Virus record (IMG/VR): IMGVR_UViG_3300042691_050360
Coordinates: 32,001 to 96,000 of that record
From: a virus
Reading direction: 5' to 3' (one strand)
Length of the DNA: 64,000 nucleotides
The translations under genes and the position numbers were made by a program. The stretch's first letter is position 1. Each line of letters begins with the position of its first letter. Positions 1 to 8,817 of the stretch are shown here, piece after piece. The notes beneath the pieces were generated by a model. It ran no database searches. It was not told the origin of the DNA and saw nothing but the letters and a program-made list of their open reading frames with translations.

Positions 1-825
1 AAGCACCTTTCTCCCACCTTTGGCATCATGGTCTATCAGGAGCAAGCTATGTTCCTTGCTCGTGAAATGGCTAATTTAGATTGGCTTGAAGTTGATAAAC
101 TACGAAAGGGTATTTCAAAAAAGTCAGGAAAGCAATTTGACGAAGCTTGCGAAAACTTTGCAAGAAAAGCATCTGAACGTGGTATTTCGAACGAAGTTAT
201 TAAAGAAGTTTTACAATTGATGTCTAAATTCGGTGGCTACGCATTTAACAAGAGCCACGCCTGTATGTATGCAATCGTTGCTTATTGGACAGCATATTTC
301 AAGACATACTACCCAGCAGAATGGATGGCGGCCTGTATCGAAGCTGATAAAGACGACACAGATAAGCTGGATATTTATATCCGGGAGTGTGAGAGATTGG
401 GTGTTAGAATTAAAGAGCCAAACGTAAGCGAATCTGATTTAACAACTACTGTATCGGAAGATGGATTAATCTACTTGCCGATCACATCCTTGAAAGGTGT
501 TGGATTGAGTGGAAATAGTATTGTTGAAAACAAGCCTTATACCAGTCTGGATGATTTCTCAGAGCGTAGCGGATGTAATAAATCATTATTCGTTGCATTA
601 GCCGCTGGTGGGGCATTGAAGTGCTTGGTTGACGATCCTGAAGTGGATGAAGAATTTTTCTTAGATTATTGGCTGGAATATTCCAAATCAAAATCGAAAA
701 GCAAGAAACAATCTGCCGAAATCGTCGTAAATACTAATAGCATGAGCTTATTGGAAATCAGAAATCTTTCTAAGAAGACTGAATCTTCCGGATCAGATCT
801 ACTATCATTGCTGGATAATTTCTAA
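1..825 (+). CDS. dnaE: DNA polymerase III alpha subunit, C-terminal part (5' truncated by window edge)
   Basis: Frame open from base 1 (KHLSPTFGIMVYQEQ); DnaE motifs VYQEQ, LRKGISKK, FGGYAFNKSHA, YFKTYYP, PNVSES and HhH SLKGVG. Ends shortly after the HhH with no OB fold. Confidence 0.95.
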   Translation, partial: KHLSPTFGIMVYQEQAMFLAREMANLDWLEVDKLRKGISKKSGKQFDEACENFARKASERGISNEVIKEVLQLMSKFGGYAFNKSHACMYAIVAYWTAYFKTYYPAEWMAACIEADKDDTDKLDIYIRECERLGVRIKEPNVSESDLTTTVSEDGLIYLPITSLKGVGLSGNSIVENKPYTSLDDFSERSGCNKSLFVALAAGGALKCLVDDPEVDEEFFLDYWLEYSKSKSKSKKQSAEIVVNTNSMSLLEIRNLSKKTESSGSDLLSLLDNF

Positions 826-1481
826 TGGAAGATAATTTTATAGAACAGTTAATTGATTGGGAGAAGTTTGACGCTTCTTCTCAGGTTTCGCGGAGAATCA
901 ATGGTGTAACTAAAGAACACATTGAAATCGAAGTTAAAATCTGGGAACAACAGCTATCTCTTCTCAACCCACTCAATCATGACAAAGTAATGAAAGAAAT
1001 TGATGCATGGGACATTTCAGTTCCAGCTAATCATGCACTAACACAAGAAAATATCGCATCAACCTACGCACGTCTTGTATCCTACAAAGTTCGCATCAGC
1101 AAGCTTTGGGCGGACGCAAGATCGTGGCGAGAGATGTGTGAACACGCGGCTAAATACCTTGAAGAAATCGCTCAAGGTGCCTTTGCTGGCACTGGAGTAG
1201 AAAAGAAAGCAAATGCCGCTCACGTTGTCCAACCTTTCATTCATCTAAAGGTTCAAACTTCTCGGCTTGAAAATTATTTGGAGAAAATTCATTCTTCGAT
1301 TACTTTCTGTGCCTTGCAACTTGATCTTTTATTGAAAGAAAGGCAATCTCGTGCTAAGCTTAATCATAGGCTTGGCATGGAAGGTGAGGCTTCATCTTAT
1401 GACTCTCCACAAGTGGAGCAACCTGATGAAGATTCAGACGGAGAGAATTGGACACCAATCCGAAAAAATCGCAGAAGATAA
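825..1481 (+). CDS. Hypothetical helical protein, possibly a UvsY-like recombination mediator
   Basis: 218 aa, coupled to dnaE (TAATG); helical/coiled-coil character; function guessed only from position before SSB and RecA. Confidence 0.4.
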   Translation: MEDNFIEQLIDWEKFDASSQVSRRINGVTKEHIEIEVKIWEQQLSLLNPLNHDKVMKEIDAWDISVPANHALTQENIASTYARLVSYKVRISKLWADARSWREMCEHAAKYLEEIAQGAFAGTGVEKKANAAHVVQPFIHLKVQTSRLENYLEKIHSSITFCALQLDLLLKERQSRAKLNHRLGMEGEASSYDSPQVEQPDEDSDGENWTPIRKNRRR

Positions 1482-1540
1482 GATAATCTTTTGCAAAAGA
1501 AACGATAATAAATATGACTTCTTAAGTCCTAAGGAAAAAA

Positions 1541-2419
1541 ATGAAAAGAGTTACACCTAAAACACTAGCAGACAGACAAAACAACAAAGGCAAGTATGCC
1601 GACCTTCCAAAGTTGAAGGACATTCTCGTAGATCTTTCGGTTCGGGATTCCCCGAAGGTTATTCGAAAGCTTCGGCTTATCGGAGAGGCCTTGGAGTTTT
1701 CTGAAATGCAAGATAAGATTCGAATTCCAGGAACCAAAGAAACCAAGCGTGTTCCATTCCCTGATGCTCATCGAAATGGCTTGCCTACTCGAATTGGGCA
1801 CGACGACCATGCACTTTGCCCTTGGCGTAAGCTTGGTTATGTTGCATCTCGAAGATTCGCACAGAAGTGTCTCGAAGAGCAAGAAGATGGTACATGGGTA
1901 CACAAGATTCTTGTCAAGGGCCCTTCGGTCTTTGATCCGTTCTTCGACTGGCAACTAGGTCGCCGAGAGGAAGATGATGGAGATATTTCTACATTCTTGG
2001 GCGGAGATGTTGCACCAGCAGTTAAGATTCAGGCCCTGAAGGACGCTACTAAGCTGGGTGGAGTAGACTATCGAGTCTTCGTCAACCCTAAGGATATGGC
2101 TCTCACCGAAGATCACATTAATCTCTTGCGAGCTGTTCGAGTTCCGTCAGCCGACGAGCTGAATGCGTTCCGCAACGAATACAATGAAGATCGAGAGAAC
2201 GATCCAGAAATGCCAGAGTGGCGAGACTGGTTTGAGTTTGGTCATGACATTCGTCGAATCTTTAAGTATACACCTCCTGTATCAGACGATGCCGCTGAAT
2301 CTAGTTCAGCTGCACCTGCCCAGGAAGATACTGCTGGCGAAGATAACGAAGAAACCACTTCTGCATCTCCAGCCGCTGACGCTGATCTTGACGTTTCTGA
2401 TGTTAACTGGGACTTCTAA
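1541..2419 (+). CDS. Probable single-stranded DNA-binding protein
   Basis: 292 aa with a long acidic Ala/Asp/Glu tail ending in aromatic residues (..DVNWDF); biased codon usage; directly upstream of recA. Confidence 0.6.
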   Translation: MKRVTPKTLADRQNNKGKYADLPKLKDILVDLSVRDSPKVIRKLRLIGEALEFSEMQDKIRIPGTKETKRVPFPDAHRNGLPTRIGHDDHALCPWRKLGYVASRRFAQKCLEEQEDGTWVHKILVKGPSVFDPFFDWQLGRREEDDGDISTFLGGDVAPAVKIQALKDATKLGGVDYRVFVNPKDMALTEDHINLLRAVRVPSADELNAFRNEYNEDRENDPEMPEWRDWFEFGHDIRRIFKYTPPVSDDAAESSSAAPAQEDTAGEDNEETTSASPAADADLDVSDVNWDF

Positions 2420-3627
2420 TGGCTAAGGAAAAGCAACCTCTCAGTAAAGAAGAAAGACAAAAGCTGCTCGATGCTAGGCTTAAGTCTATTGGCTCCCTTT
2501 ATAAAGTTATAAAGGGAGATGATTTCGATACAAGGCACAAAGACTTCATTCCTCTTGGCATCCCCGAGATTGAAACGGAGATGGGCGATCTGCCTGGATT
2601 TATGACAGGTAATCTAATTGAGCTGATCGGTGCAAGCGGATCGGGAAAGACCTACGTTGCTTTAAAAACTGCCGCACAGGCACAAAAGAAAGGAATGAAG
2701 GTCGCCTTTTTCAATGTAGAAAATTCTTTCTACGAAAAGAGAGCGAATCAAATCGGAGTAATCACAAGAGATCCTAATCTGTTTGAGATGATTCCGAATT
2801 TGGGATCGGGTGAGGACGTGTGCGACACTGTGTGTGCCATGGTTGAATCAGAGCTTTATGGGTTAATTATCGTTGACTCTGTTACAGCTCTTATCCCGAA
2901 TGATAGCTTGGAAAAGGGTTTCAATGACCCTCGTAAGATTGGTGAACATGCAAAACTCGTGGGTGAATTAGCTAAAAAGCTTACATATCTCACCGGTGAG
3001 CACGATACTTCGGTAATTCTAATTAACCAATTCAGGTTTGGATCTGGCTCAATGCCTAACACTTTTGTGAAAAAAGCTACTGGTGGAGAAGGCTTGTACT
3101 TCTATGACCATTATAGGTTCTCATTCAAGAAGATTGGCGGAGCAGCTGGAGCTATATACAACGCGGAGAAGCAGATCATCGGCGGGAGAACTGAGCTGAC
3201 AATGGAAAAAATTCGCTATGCTCCACCTATGACTAAGGTAATTTTTCCGATTTACTTCACAGAAGAAGACTCCAATATTGTTGTTGACTTCTTGATGCGA
3301 GCTAAGGCAAAGCATGTGGAGTTAATTAAGGAAGTGGGTTCTAAAAGCAAAAAGCGTTATCAATATGTCACCGAAGATGGTGAAATTATTGAATCAGGCG
3401 ATGTTAAGGAATTTATTAACCTTTTAATGGAAACTCCTGCCCCTTCAAAGCGTACAAAAAATGATCCTTCAACTACTGCATTTGAATTTATCTGTCGAAA
3501 GATTAAATTTGATGAAAAGACAGTGGGAGATATGATCGAAAAGTTGAATCAAGATGAAAATTTTGAAACTCCCAACGAGCTAATTGGATACGCTGAAGAG
3601 CCAGAAATTGATGAAAGTTCAGATTGA
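2419..3627 (+). CDS. recA: RecA/UvsX recombinase
   Basis: Walker A GASGSGKT, FFNVEN, Walker B IIVDSVTAL, ILINQFR, ATGGEGLYFY. Confidence 0.93.
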   Translation: MAKEKQPLSKEERQKLLDARLKSIGSLYKVIKGDDFDTRHKDFIPLGIPEIETEMGDLPGFMTGNLIELIGASGSGKTYVALKTAAQAQKKGMKVAFFNVENSFYEKRANQIGVITRDPNLFEMIPNLGSGEDVCDTVCAMVESELYGLIIVDSVTALIPNDSLEKGFNDPRKIGEHAKLVGELAKKLTYLTGEHDTSVILINQFRFGSGSMPNTFVKKATGGEGLYFYDHYRFSFKKIGGAAGAIYNAEKQIIGGRTELTMEKIRYAPPMTKVIFPIYFTEEDSNIVVDFLMRAKAKHVELIKEVGSKSKKRYQYVTEDGEIIESGDVKEFINLLMETPAPSKRTKNDPSTTAFEFICRKIKFDEKTVGDMIEKLNQDENFETPNELIGYAEEPEIDESSD

Positions 3628-4336
3628 ACAATTCCAGAGAGAACTATCTCTGGCTTCGGGTGCCCAAAAGGTACTTGAGGACAGAGACTTTTCAAAACCC
3701 ACTTTGATTAATTTTGAAGTGGGTTTTTGCCCCGCTTACGCAGGATATGATTTTGATTTATTAAATGGCAGAATTGTCCTGCCTATTTATGATGCCTATG
3801 GAAACTGGGTTGGTTTTGCCGGACGTAAAGTTGACGATTATTCGACAACGGTTAAAGAATATTATCAGCAAAAGACAACTAAGCTACAAGGTCTTGATAG
3901 ATTTATGAAGTGGAAGGTTACCAAGTGGGTTAACACTCCGTATGCAAAATCAAATCATTTATTTAACTTAAATCGTGCTAAGAGATATATTCATGAAGCA
4001 GGGTATTGCATTATTGTTGAGGGTTATTTTGATGTAATGAGGCTATCGCAGCTTGGTTTCAATAATGTTGTGGCCCTTTCTGGCACAAGTTTAACGGAAA
4101 CACAATGCGACTTAATTTACAGATATTGTAACAAAGTTTTAATAATGCTTGATGGTGATGATGCGGGGAAAACAGCCACCAATAAAACAATGGAAAGAGC
4201 TCGGCAGAATAATATTTTTGCAAACATAGTAGAGCTACCAGACAATCTTGACCCAGATGATTTGGATGAAGAAACTATGAAAATAATTGATTCAGAAGTG
4301 AGAGCCTCTGATGAGGAGATGTATATTAAACTATGA
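3611..4336 (+). CDS. dnaG: DnaG-type primase catalytic core (TOPRIM), no N-terminal zinc-binding domain
   Basis: GRIVLPI, GFAGR, KWVNTP, IVEGYFDV, VALSGT, MLDGDDAG, LPDNLDPDD; start taken at ATG 3611. Confidence 0.88.
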   Translation: MKVQIEQFQRELSLASGAQKVLEDRDFSKPTLINFEVGFCPAYAGYDFDLLNGRIVLPIYDAYGNWVGFAGRKVDDYSTTVKEYYQQKTTKLQGLDRFMKWKVTKWVNTPYAKSNHLFNLNRAKRYIHEAGYCIIVEGYFDVMRLSQLGFNNVVALSGTSLTETQCDLIYRYCNKVLIMLDGDDAGKTATNKTMERARQNNIFANIVELPDNLDPDDLDEETMKIIDSEVRASDEEMYIKL

Positions 4337-6078
4337 ATTCAAAAGAATGGATTGTCAAAGACGTGGACAGAGAATTATCCGCAGTATTAGCTGATGAATG
4401 TGAATTGCCTAAGTCAATTGCTACCGTCTTGGTTGGCCGCGATATTGATACAAAAGAAAAGGCGGCAATATTCATCGATAAGCCAACTAAGCTAATTAGA
4501 AGCCCTTCGAAGCTTCCAGATTGTGCCAAAGCGGTTGAAAGATTAAAAACGGCGATTGAAAATAAAGAAAAGATTTTTGTCTGGGGAGACTATGACGTAG
4601 ATGGTATTACTTCTACATCTATTATTGTAACCTGCTTTGAGATGTTTGGTGCTAAATTCATTTACAAAGTTCCAAACAGATTTGATGATGGCTATGATAT
4701 TAAACGACACTCTGTAGATGAATGTATCAAAGAAGGTGCTACTCTCCTTCTGAGTGTAGACTGTGGCATTGTTGCTTTTGACACTGCGGAATATGCAAAG
4801 GAGAAAGGAATTGATGTTATAATTACGGATCACCACACAGCTTCTGAAGATGGAAGAATTCCAGATTGTGTTGCTGTTGTTAACCCCTCTCGTATTGATT
4901 CAGAATATGGCTTTGCTGGGCTCTGTGGTGCCACTGTCGCGTTCAAACTAATGCTTGCTCTTGGTAATGCACTTAATTATGATTTAAATAAAATCATTGC
5001 CGAAACAATAGAATTTGTGGCACTTGGAACAGTAGCTGACGTTGCCCCCATGATGGATGAAAATAGAGTTCTCGTTCATAAGGGCTGTCAAGCTTTGACT
5101 AATTCAAGTAAGCCAGGGATTCAAGAGCTTTTGAAAATTGCTGGTGCCAAAGAAGTGGACACAACCACTATAGGATTTGGTATTGGCCCAAGAATGAATG
5201 CAATTGGAAGATTGTCCGACCCAATGATTGCTGTAGAGTTAATGCTTGAGAAAAATCAACAAAGGGCTAAGTTCCTAGCAAATCAGCTAGATACTGCAAA
5301 CAAAAGAAGACAATCTAAACAAGAACATATGTATCAAGAGGCAATTGCTTTGATTGAAGAGGAAAAACTTCACGAAATGCCTGTAATTGTTTGCTGGGCT
5401 AAATCTTGGCATGCTGGTTTGATTGGCCTTATGGCTGGGAAGATTGCAGAGCGTTATCATAGACCCGCTGTAGTTCTCTCACTTAACGAGGAAGGAAAAG
5501 CTAAAGGATCGTGCAGATCAGTTAAATCAATTAATATTCTCCAGGCTTTGAAGAGTCCTAAAGTCCTTGAGTATTATTCAAAAAAGATTGATGGAGCTCC
5601 AATTGTTGGTGGTCACGCTTTCGCCGCTGGCATGGAAGTGCCCGAGCAAAATCTTAAAGCTTTCAGGGATGTACTTGGTGAGGCTTTACAGGATTTAAAT
5701 CCAGATTTTGTTGCTGGTAAAAAAGTTTTTATTGCTGATTCTAGAATCGTGCCTGGAGAAATTAATGATAATACTTTCGATGCCTTGACGGGACTAGCAC
5801 CTTTTGGATCTGGTCATCCTGAGCCAATTTTCTGGGTGAAAAATCTCACAGTACAAGATCAAAAACTCCTATCATCTGATAAGCACTTAAAGTTAACGCT
5901 ATACCATGACCGCGTAAAATACAAAAAATTCTCTGCACTTTTATGGCATAAAGCGGCGGACTATCCAGATAATTACGTTGATAAAAATATTGATGTGCTG
6001 TTCTCATTCGGAAAAGAAACTAGGGGTTTTGGATCAAGATTTTACCTAAATATGGTTGATTTTAGACTTTCTAGCTAA
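4333..6078 (+). CDS. recJ: ssDNA-specific exonuclease RecJ
   Basis: GDYDVDG, VDCG, ITDHH, GTVADV, PRMNAIGRL, GSCRS, GGHAFAAG, LAPFGSGHPEP. Confidence 0.96.
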   Translation: MNSKEWIVKDVDRELSAVLADECELPKSIATVLVGRDIDTKEKAAIFIDKPTKLIRSPSKLPDCAKAVERLKTAIENKEKIFVWGDYDVDGITSTSIIVTCFEMFGAKFIYKVPNRFDDGYDIKRHSVDECIKEGATLLLSVDCGIVAFDTAEYAKEKGIDVIITDHHTASEDGRIPDCVAVVNPSRIDSEYGFAGLCGATVAFKLMLALGNALNYDLNKIIAETIEFVALGTVADVAPMMDENRVLVHKGCQALTNSSKPGIQELLKIAGAKEVDTTTIGFGIGPRMNAIGRLSDPMIAVELMLEKNQQRAKFLANQLDTANKRRQSKQEHMYQEAIALIEEEKLHEMPVIVCWAKSWHAGLIGLMAGKIAERYHRPAVVLSLNEEGKAKGSCRSVKSINILQALKSPKVLEYYSKKIDGAPIVGGHAFAAGMEVPEQNLKAFRDVLGEALQDLNPDFVAGKKVFIADSRIVPGEINDNTFDALTGLAPFGSGHPEPIFWVKNLTVQDQKLLSSDKHLKLTLYHDRVKYKKFSALLWHKAADYPDNYVDKNIDVLFSFGKETRGFGSRFYLNMVDFRLSS

Positions 6079-6114
6079 ATTCAACGTATATATTCTTAGT
6101 GCATTAGGGAAATT

Positions 6115-7023
6115 ATGAAAGTAGATTTAATTAATTCAGAAATACAATTAAGACTTGAGGATGCCGTCTTAAAGTATCAAGCGGTGTCCGCAAAAGGTGA
6201 TAAAAACGATATAGAATTAGCTTATAAGAAAATAACTAAACTATACAATCCTCTAGATTTCTATCACAATTGGTATGATCAATATTATTATCTTTTTGAT
6301 TCTCAGGAAGATTTTGTCGCAGATTATTTGAGAGTTTTTGCCACGGTATTGCTTGGCTGGAAACCAAGAAACCAAAGGGGCAAGTCGAGATATGAAGGAT
6401 CTGGAGAATTTAAGAACTATTTTATCGGATCGCTTTACCATAATTACATAAACATGGTAAAATCTGATCAGGCGGCAAAAAGAAATATAACAAAACTATG
6501 CCCAATCTGCGATGAATGGGTCAACCCGATTTCCACTCACCTGATTACCGACCACTCACACATTCTTTGGCAATATCTGGAAGAAATGGATATTGATATT
6601 GAAAGTCTTTCATCATGCCCTTTATGCACTAATTTCAAGGTGGCAAAGAGCAACAACGATCCTAAGAAAATTACAGAACTCCTAAAGGCACATTTTATTT
6701 CAAAACACACAAGCTTGCTGTTCAATAAATTCAATGAAATGTACCCCGAAATATCAACTATTTCCCCGAAAATCTCATCCACATCTGTGCATGAGGGCGA
6801 TGAAGAGCTTGATTTATATGAAGTAGTTGAAGAAAAAAACAACTTACTTAGCAAATTGCACTTTTTAAATCTCACAGACGTGCAAAAACACGCAATCGAG
6901 CAAGTTTTAAACGGCGATACGAATTTGACGTACAAGCCTGATAAATATAAATGTACAAAAGAACAGTGGGAGATCGAAATGGAATCCCTTAGGGAGACGA
7001 TAAGTATTTATGGATATGAATGA
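6115..7023 (+). CDS. Sigma-70-like transcription factor with two inserted C2H2 zinc fingers
   Basis: Region-2-like EDFVADYLRVF..GEFKNYF..NYINMVKSDQAAKR; CPIC-x9-H-x4-H and CPLC..LKAHFISKH; degenerate region-4 start LTDVQKHAIE. Confidence 0.5.
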   Translation: MKVDLINSEIQLRLEDAVLKYQAVSAKGDKNDIELAYKKITKLYNPLDFYHNWYDQYYYLFDSQEDFVADYLRVFATVLLGWKPRNQRGKSRYEGSGEFKNYFIGSLYHNYINMVKSDQAAKRNITKLCPICDEWVNPISTHLITDHSHILWQYLEEMDIDIESLSSCPLCTNFKVAKSNNDPKKITELLKAHFISKHTSLLFNKFNEMYPEISTISPKISSTSVHEGDEELDLYEVVEEKNNLLSKLHFLNLTDVQKHAIEQVLNGDTNLTYKPDKYKCTKEQWEIEMESLRETISIYGYE

Positions 7024-7402
7024 AAAACCTGTTTTGGCTGAAAACACTTCAGCAACCGATGAAAGATTTACTTTTCCTGGCGACCCTCTAACTCTAAAAG
7101 TGAGAGGAGGGGATGTTGACCCCGACAGGCCAGAAAGGAAACCAACTGATCCAGTGGCGTTATCAAGAGCTATTCTTCATGTTTTGGGCAAAAATGAATA
7201 TGTAAGAATCTTATCAGTAGGCCCTAAAGCTTTGACAATCGCAATGAAGGCATTTAGAATAGCTTCGAGCGAGGCAGAAAGCCGCACCAATGGAGCTGTT
7301 TTGGTTTGTAGACAGTCGGAATATGAAGCAATTATCGCAAATAAAAAAACGAAAGGCGTATGCACAAGAATTTTCGGAATCCCAATCAAAAACGCCCTAT
7401 AG
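7010..7402 (+). CDS. spoVS: SpoVS family protein (Alba-like fold)
   Basis: TDPVALSRAILHVL..RILSVGPKALTIAMKAFRIA aligns by eye with the SpoVS core SNPNSVAGALAGVL..EIQAIGAGALNQAVKAVAIA. Confidence 0.7.
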   Translation: MDMNEKPVLAENTSATDERFTFPGDPLTLKVRGGDVDPDRPERKPTDPVALSRAILHVLGKNEYVRILSVGPKALTIAMKAFRIASSEAESRTNGAVLVCRQSEYEAIIANKKTKGVCTRIFGIPIKNAL

Positions 7403-7752
7403 TTCAGCACATTGTTGATAATATCCTGCCTAAATTAATTCAAAATCAAGTTGAAAAACCAATTGAAATTTTGCCCGTTTTAGAGAGAGAAAATGTCAAA
7501 AATTTAATCGAAAAAAGAGTGGATTTTGTAGGCAAAATACTGCCGCTGAGAGAAGATAAGATAAAGAAAAGGCTACTATGTTTTATTAAAAAAAATAGAG
7601 TGGCCTTGCGTTATGAACAAGCTTGCTGCCGACATGTAAAGCAATTTACTGTAGCAGCTTTTTTGTTCTGTGAAATTTGCGATGCAGTGCACTCGTCTCT
7701 CTCTTGGGATCGGTGCAGAAACTGCGGAAATTTTAACAAATACAAAATGTAG
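7360..7752 (+). CDS. Hypothetical protein with C-terminal Cys4 zinc ribbon
   Basis: CEIC..CRNC; start uncertain because it overlaps spoVS. Confidence 0.45.
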   Translation: MHKNFRNPNQKRPIVQHIVDNILPKLIQNQVEKPIEILPVLERENVKNLIEKRVDFVGKILPLREDKIKKRLLCFIKKNRVALRYEQACCRHVKQFTVAAFLFCEICDAVHSSLSWDRCRNCGNFNKYKM

Positions 7753-7842
7753 GGCGGCTGGAAACAGTATATTATAAGTATAAAATGGAGAAAAAAAACA
7801 CTAACTTATTAAAATTCCTTCCCCTCACTGGAGAAAAAAAAG

Positions 7843-8817
7843 ATGCTTTTTGAAGAACAATTATCAAGAAAACCCAATTTATACCCCTGGACTCAGGATT
7901 TTATAGACGTAATGGAGGAAGGACACTGGACGGCTAAAGAGTTCAATTTTCAGAGTGATTTACATGATTACAAAATCAAGTTTGACGATCAACAAAAAGA
8001 AGTAATTAAAAACACTTTGTCGGCAATCGCACAGATAGAAGTGGCGGTGAAAAAGTTTTGGTCAAAAGTGGGAGATAACTTCCCTCATCCCAGCATTAAT
8101 GACCTGGGGATTGTTATGTCCCATGTTGAAGTAATTCATAATATTGCATACGAAAAACTACTGAACATTCTAAACCTGGATGATGTTTTCGAAGAAAACC
8201 TTAAACTAGACATTATCAAGGGAAGGGTTAAATATCTAAGAAAATACACACACAGGTATTATGAGAACTCCAAAAAGCAGTACCTATACGCCTTGGTTTT
8301 GTTCACGCTTTTTGTCGAGAATGTCTCTTTGTTTTCGCAATTTTATATCATCAACTGGTTCAATCGTTATCATAATGTTTTGAAAGACACCGCACAGCAG
8401 GTTTCTTATACCGCTAAAGAGGAGACTATTCATGCTCTGGTTGGCATCAAGCTAATCAACACACTTCGTGAAGAATATCCTGATCTTTTCGATGAAGAAT
8501 TTGAAAACAAAATCTTAGATGAAACAATTGAAGCTTTTAATTGCGAAGCGAAAATCATTGATTGGATTCTGAGCGATTACACAGGTGAAAAATTAACACC
8601 AGACCACCTGAAAAACTTCGTCAAAGACCGGCTTAATCAATCTTTGTCGGCGATTGGATTCAGACAAGTTTTTGAAGACATTGATAAAGATATTTTGGCT
8701 GAAACCGAATGGTTTAATGAGGATGTTCTTGGTAATACCAACACTGACTTTTTCCATTCCAGACCGGTTAATTATTCGAAAGGAAATAAAAGTTATGATT
8801 CGGGAGATTTGTTTTAA
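7843..8817 (+). CDS. nrdB: Ribonucleotide reductase class I beta subunit (class Id-like signature)
   Basis: HWT, QIEVAVKKFW, EVIHNIAY, VENVSLFSQF, KEETIH, DFFHSRPVNYSK. Confidence 0.93.
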   Translation: MLFEEQLSRKPNLYPWTQDFIDVMEEGHWTAKEFNFQSDLHDYKIKFDDQQKEVIKNTLSAIAQIEVAVKKFWSKVGDNFPHPSINDLGIVMSHVEVIHNIAYEKLLNILNLDDVFEENLKLDIIKGRVKYLRKYTHRYYENSKKQYLYALVLFTLFVENVSLFSQFYIINWFNRYHNVLKDTAQQVSYTAKEETIHALVGIKLINTLREEYPDLFDEEFENKILDETIEAFNCEAKIIDWILSDYTGEKLTPDHLKNFVKDRLNQSLSAIGFRQVFEDIDKDILAETEWFNEDVLGNTNTDFFHSRPVNYSKGNKSYDSGDLF

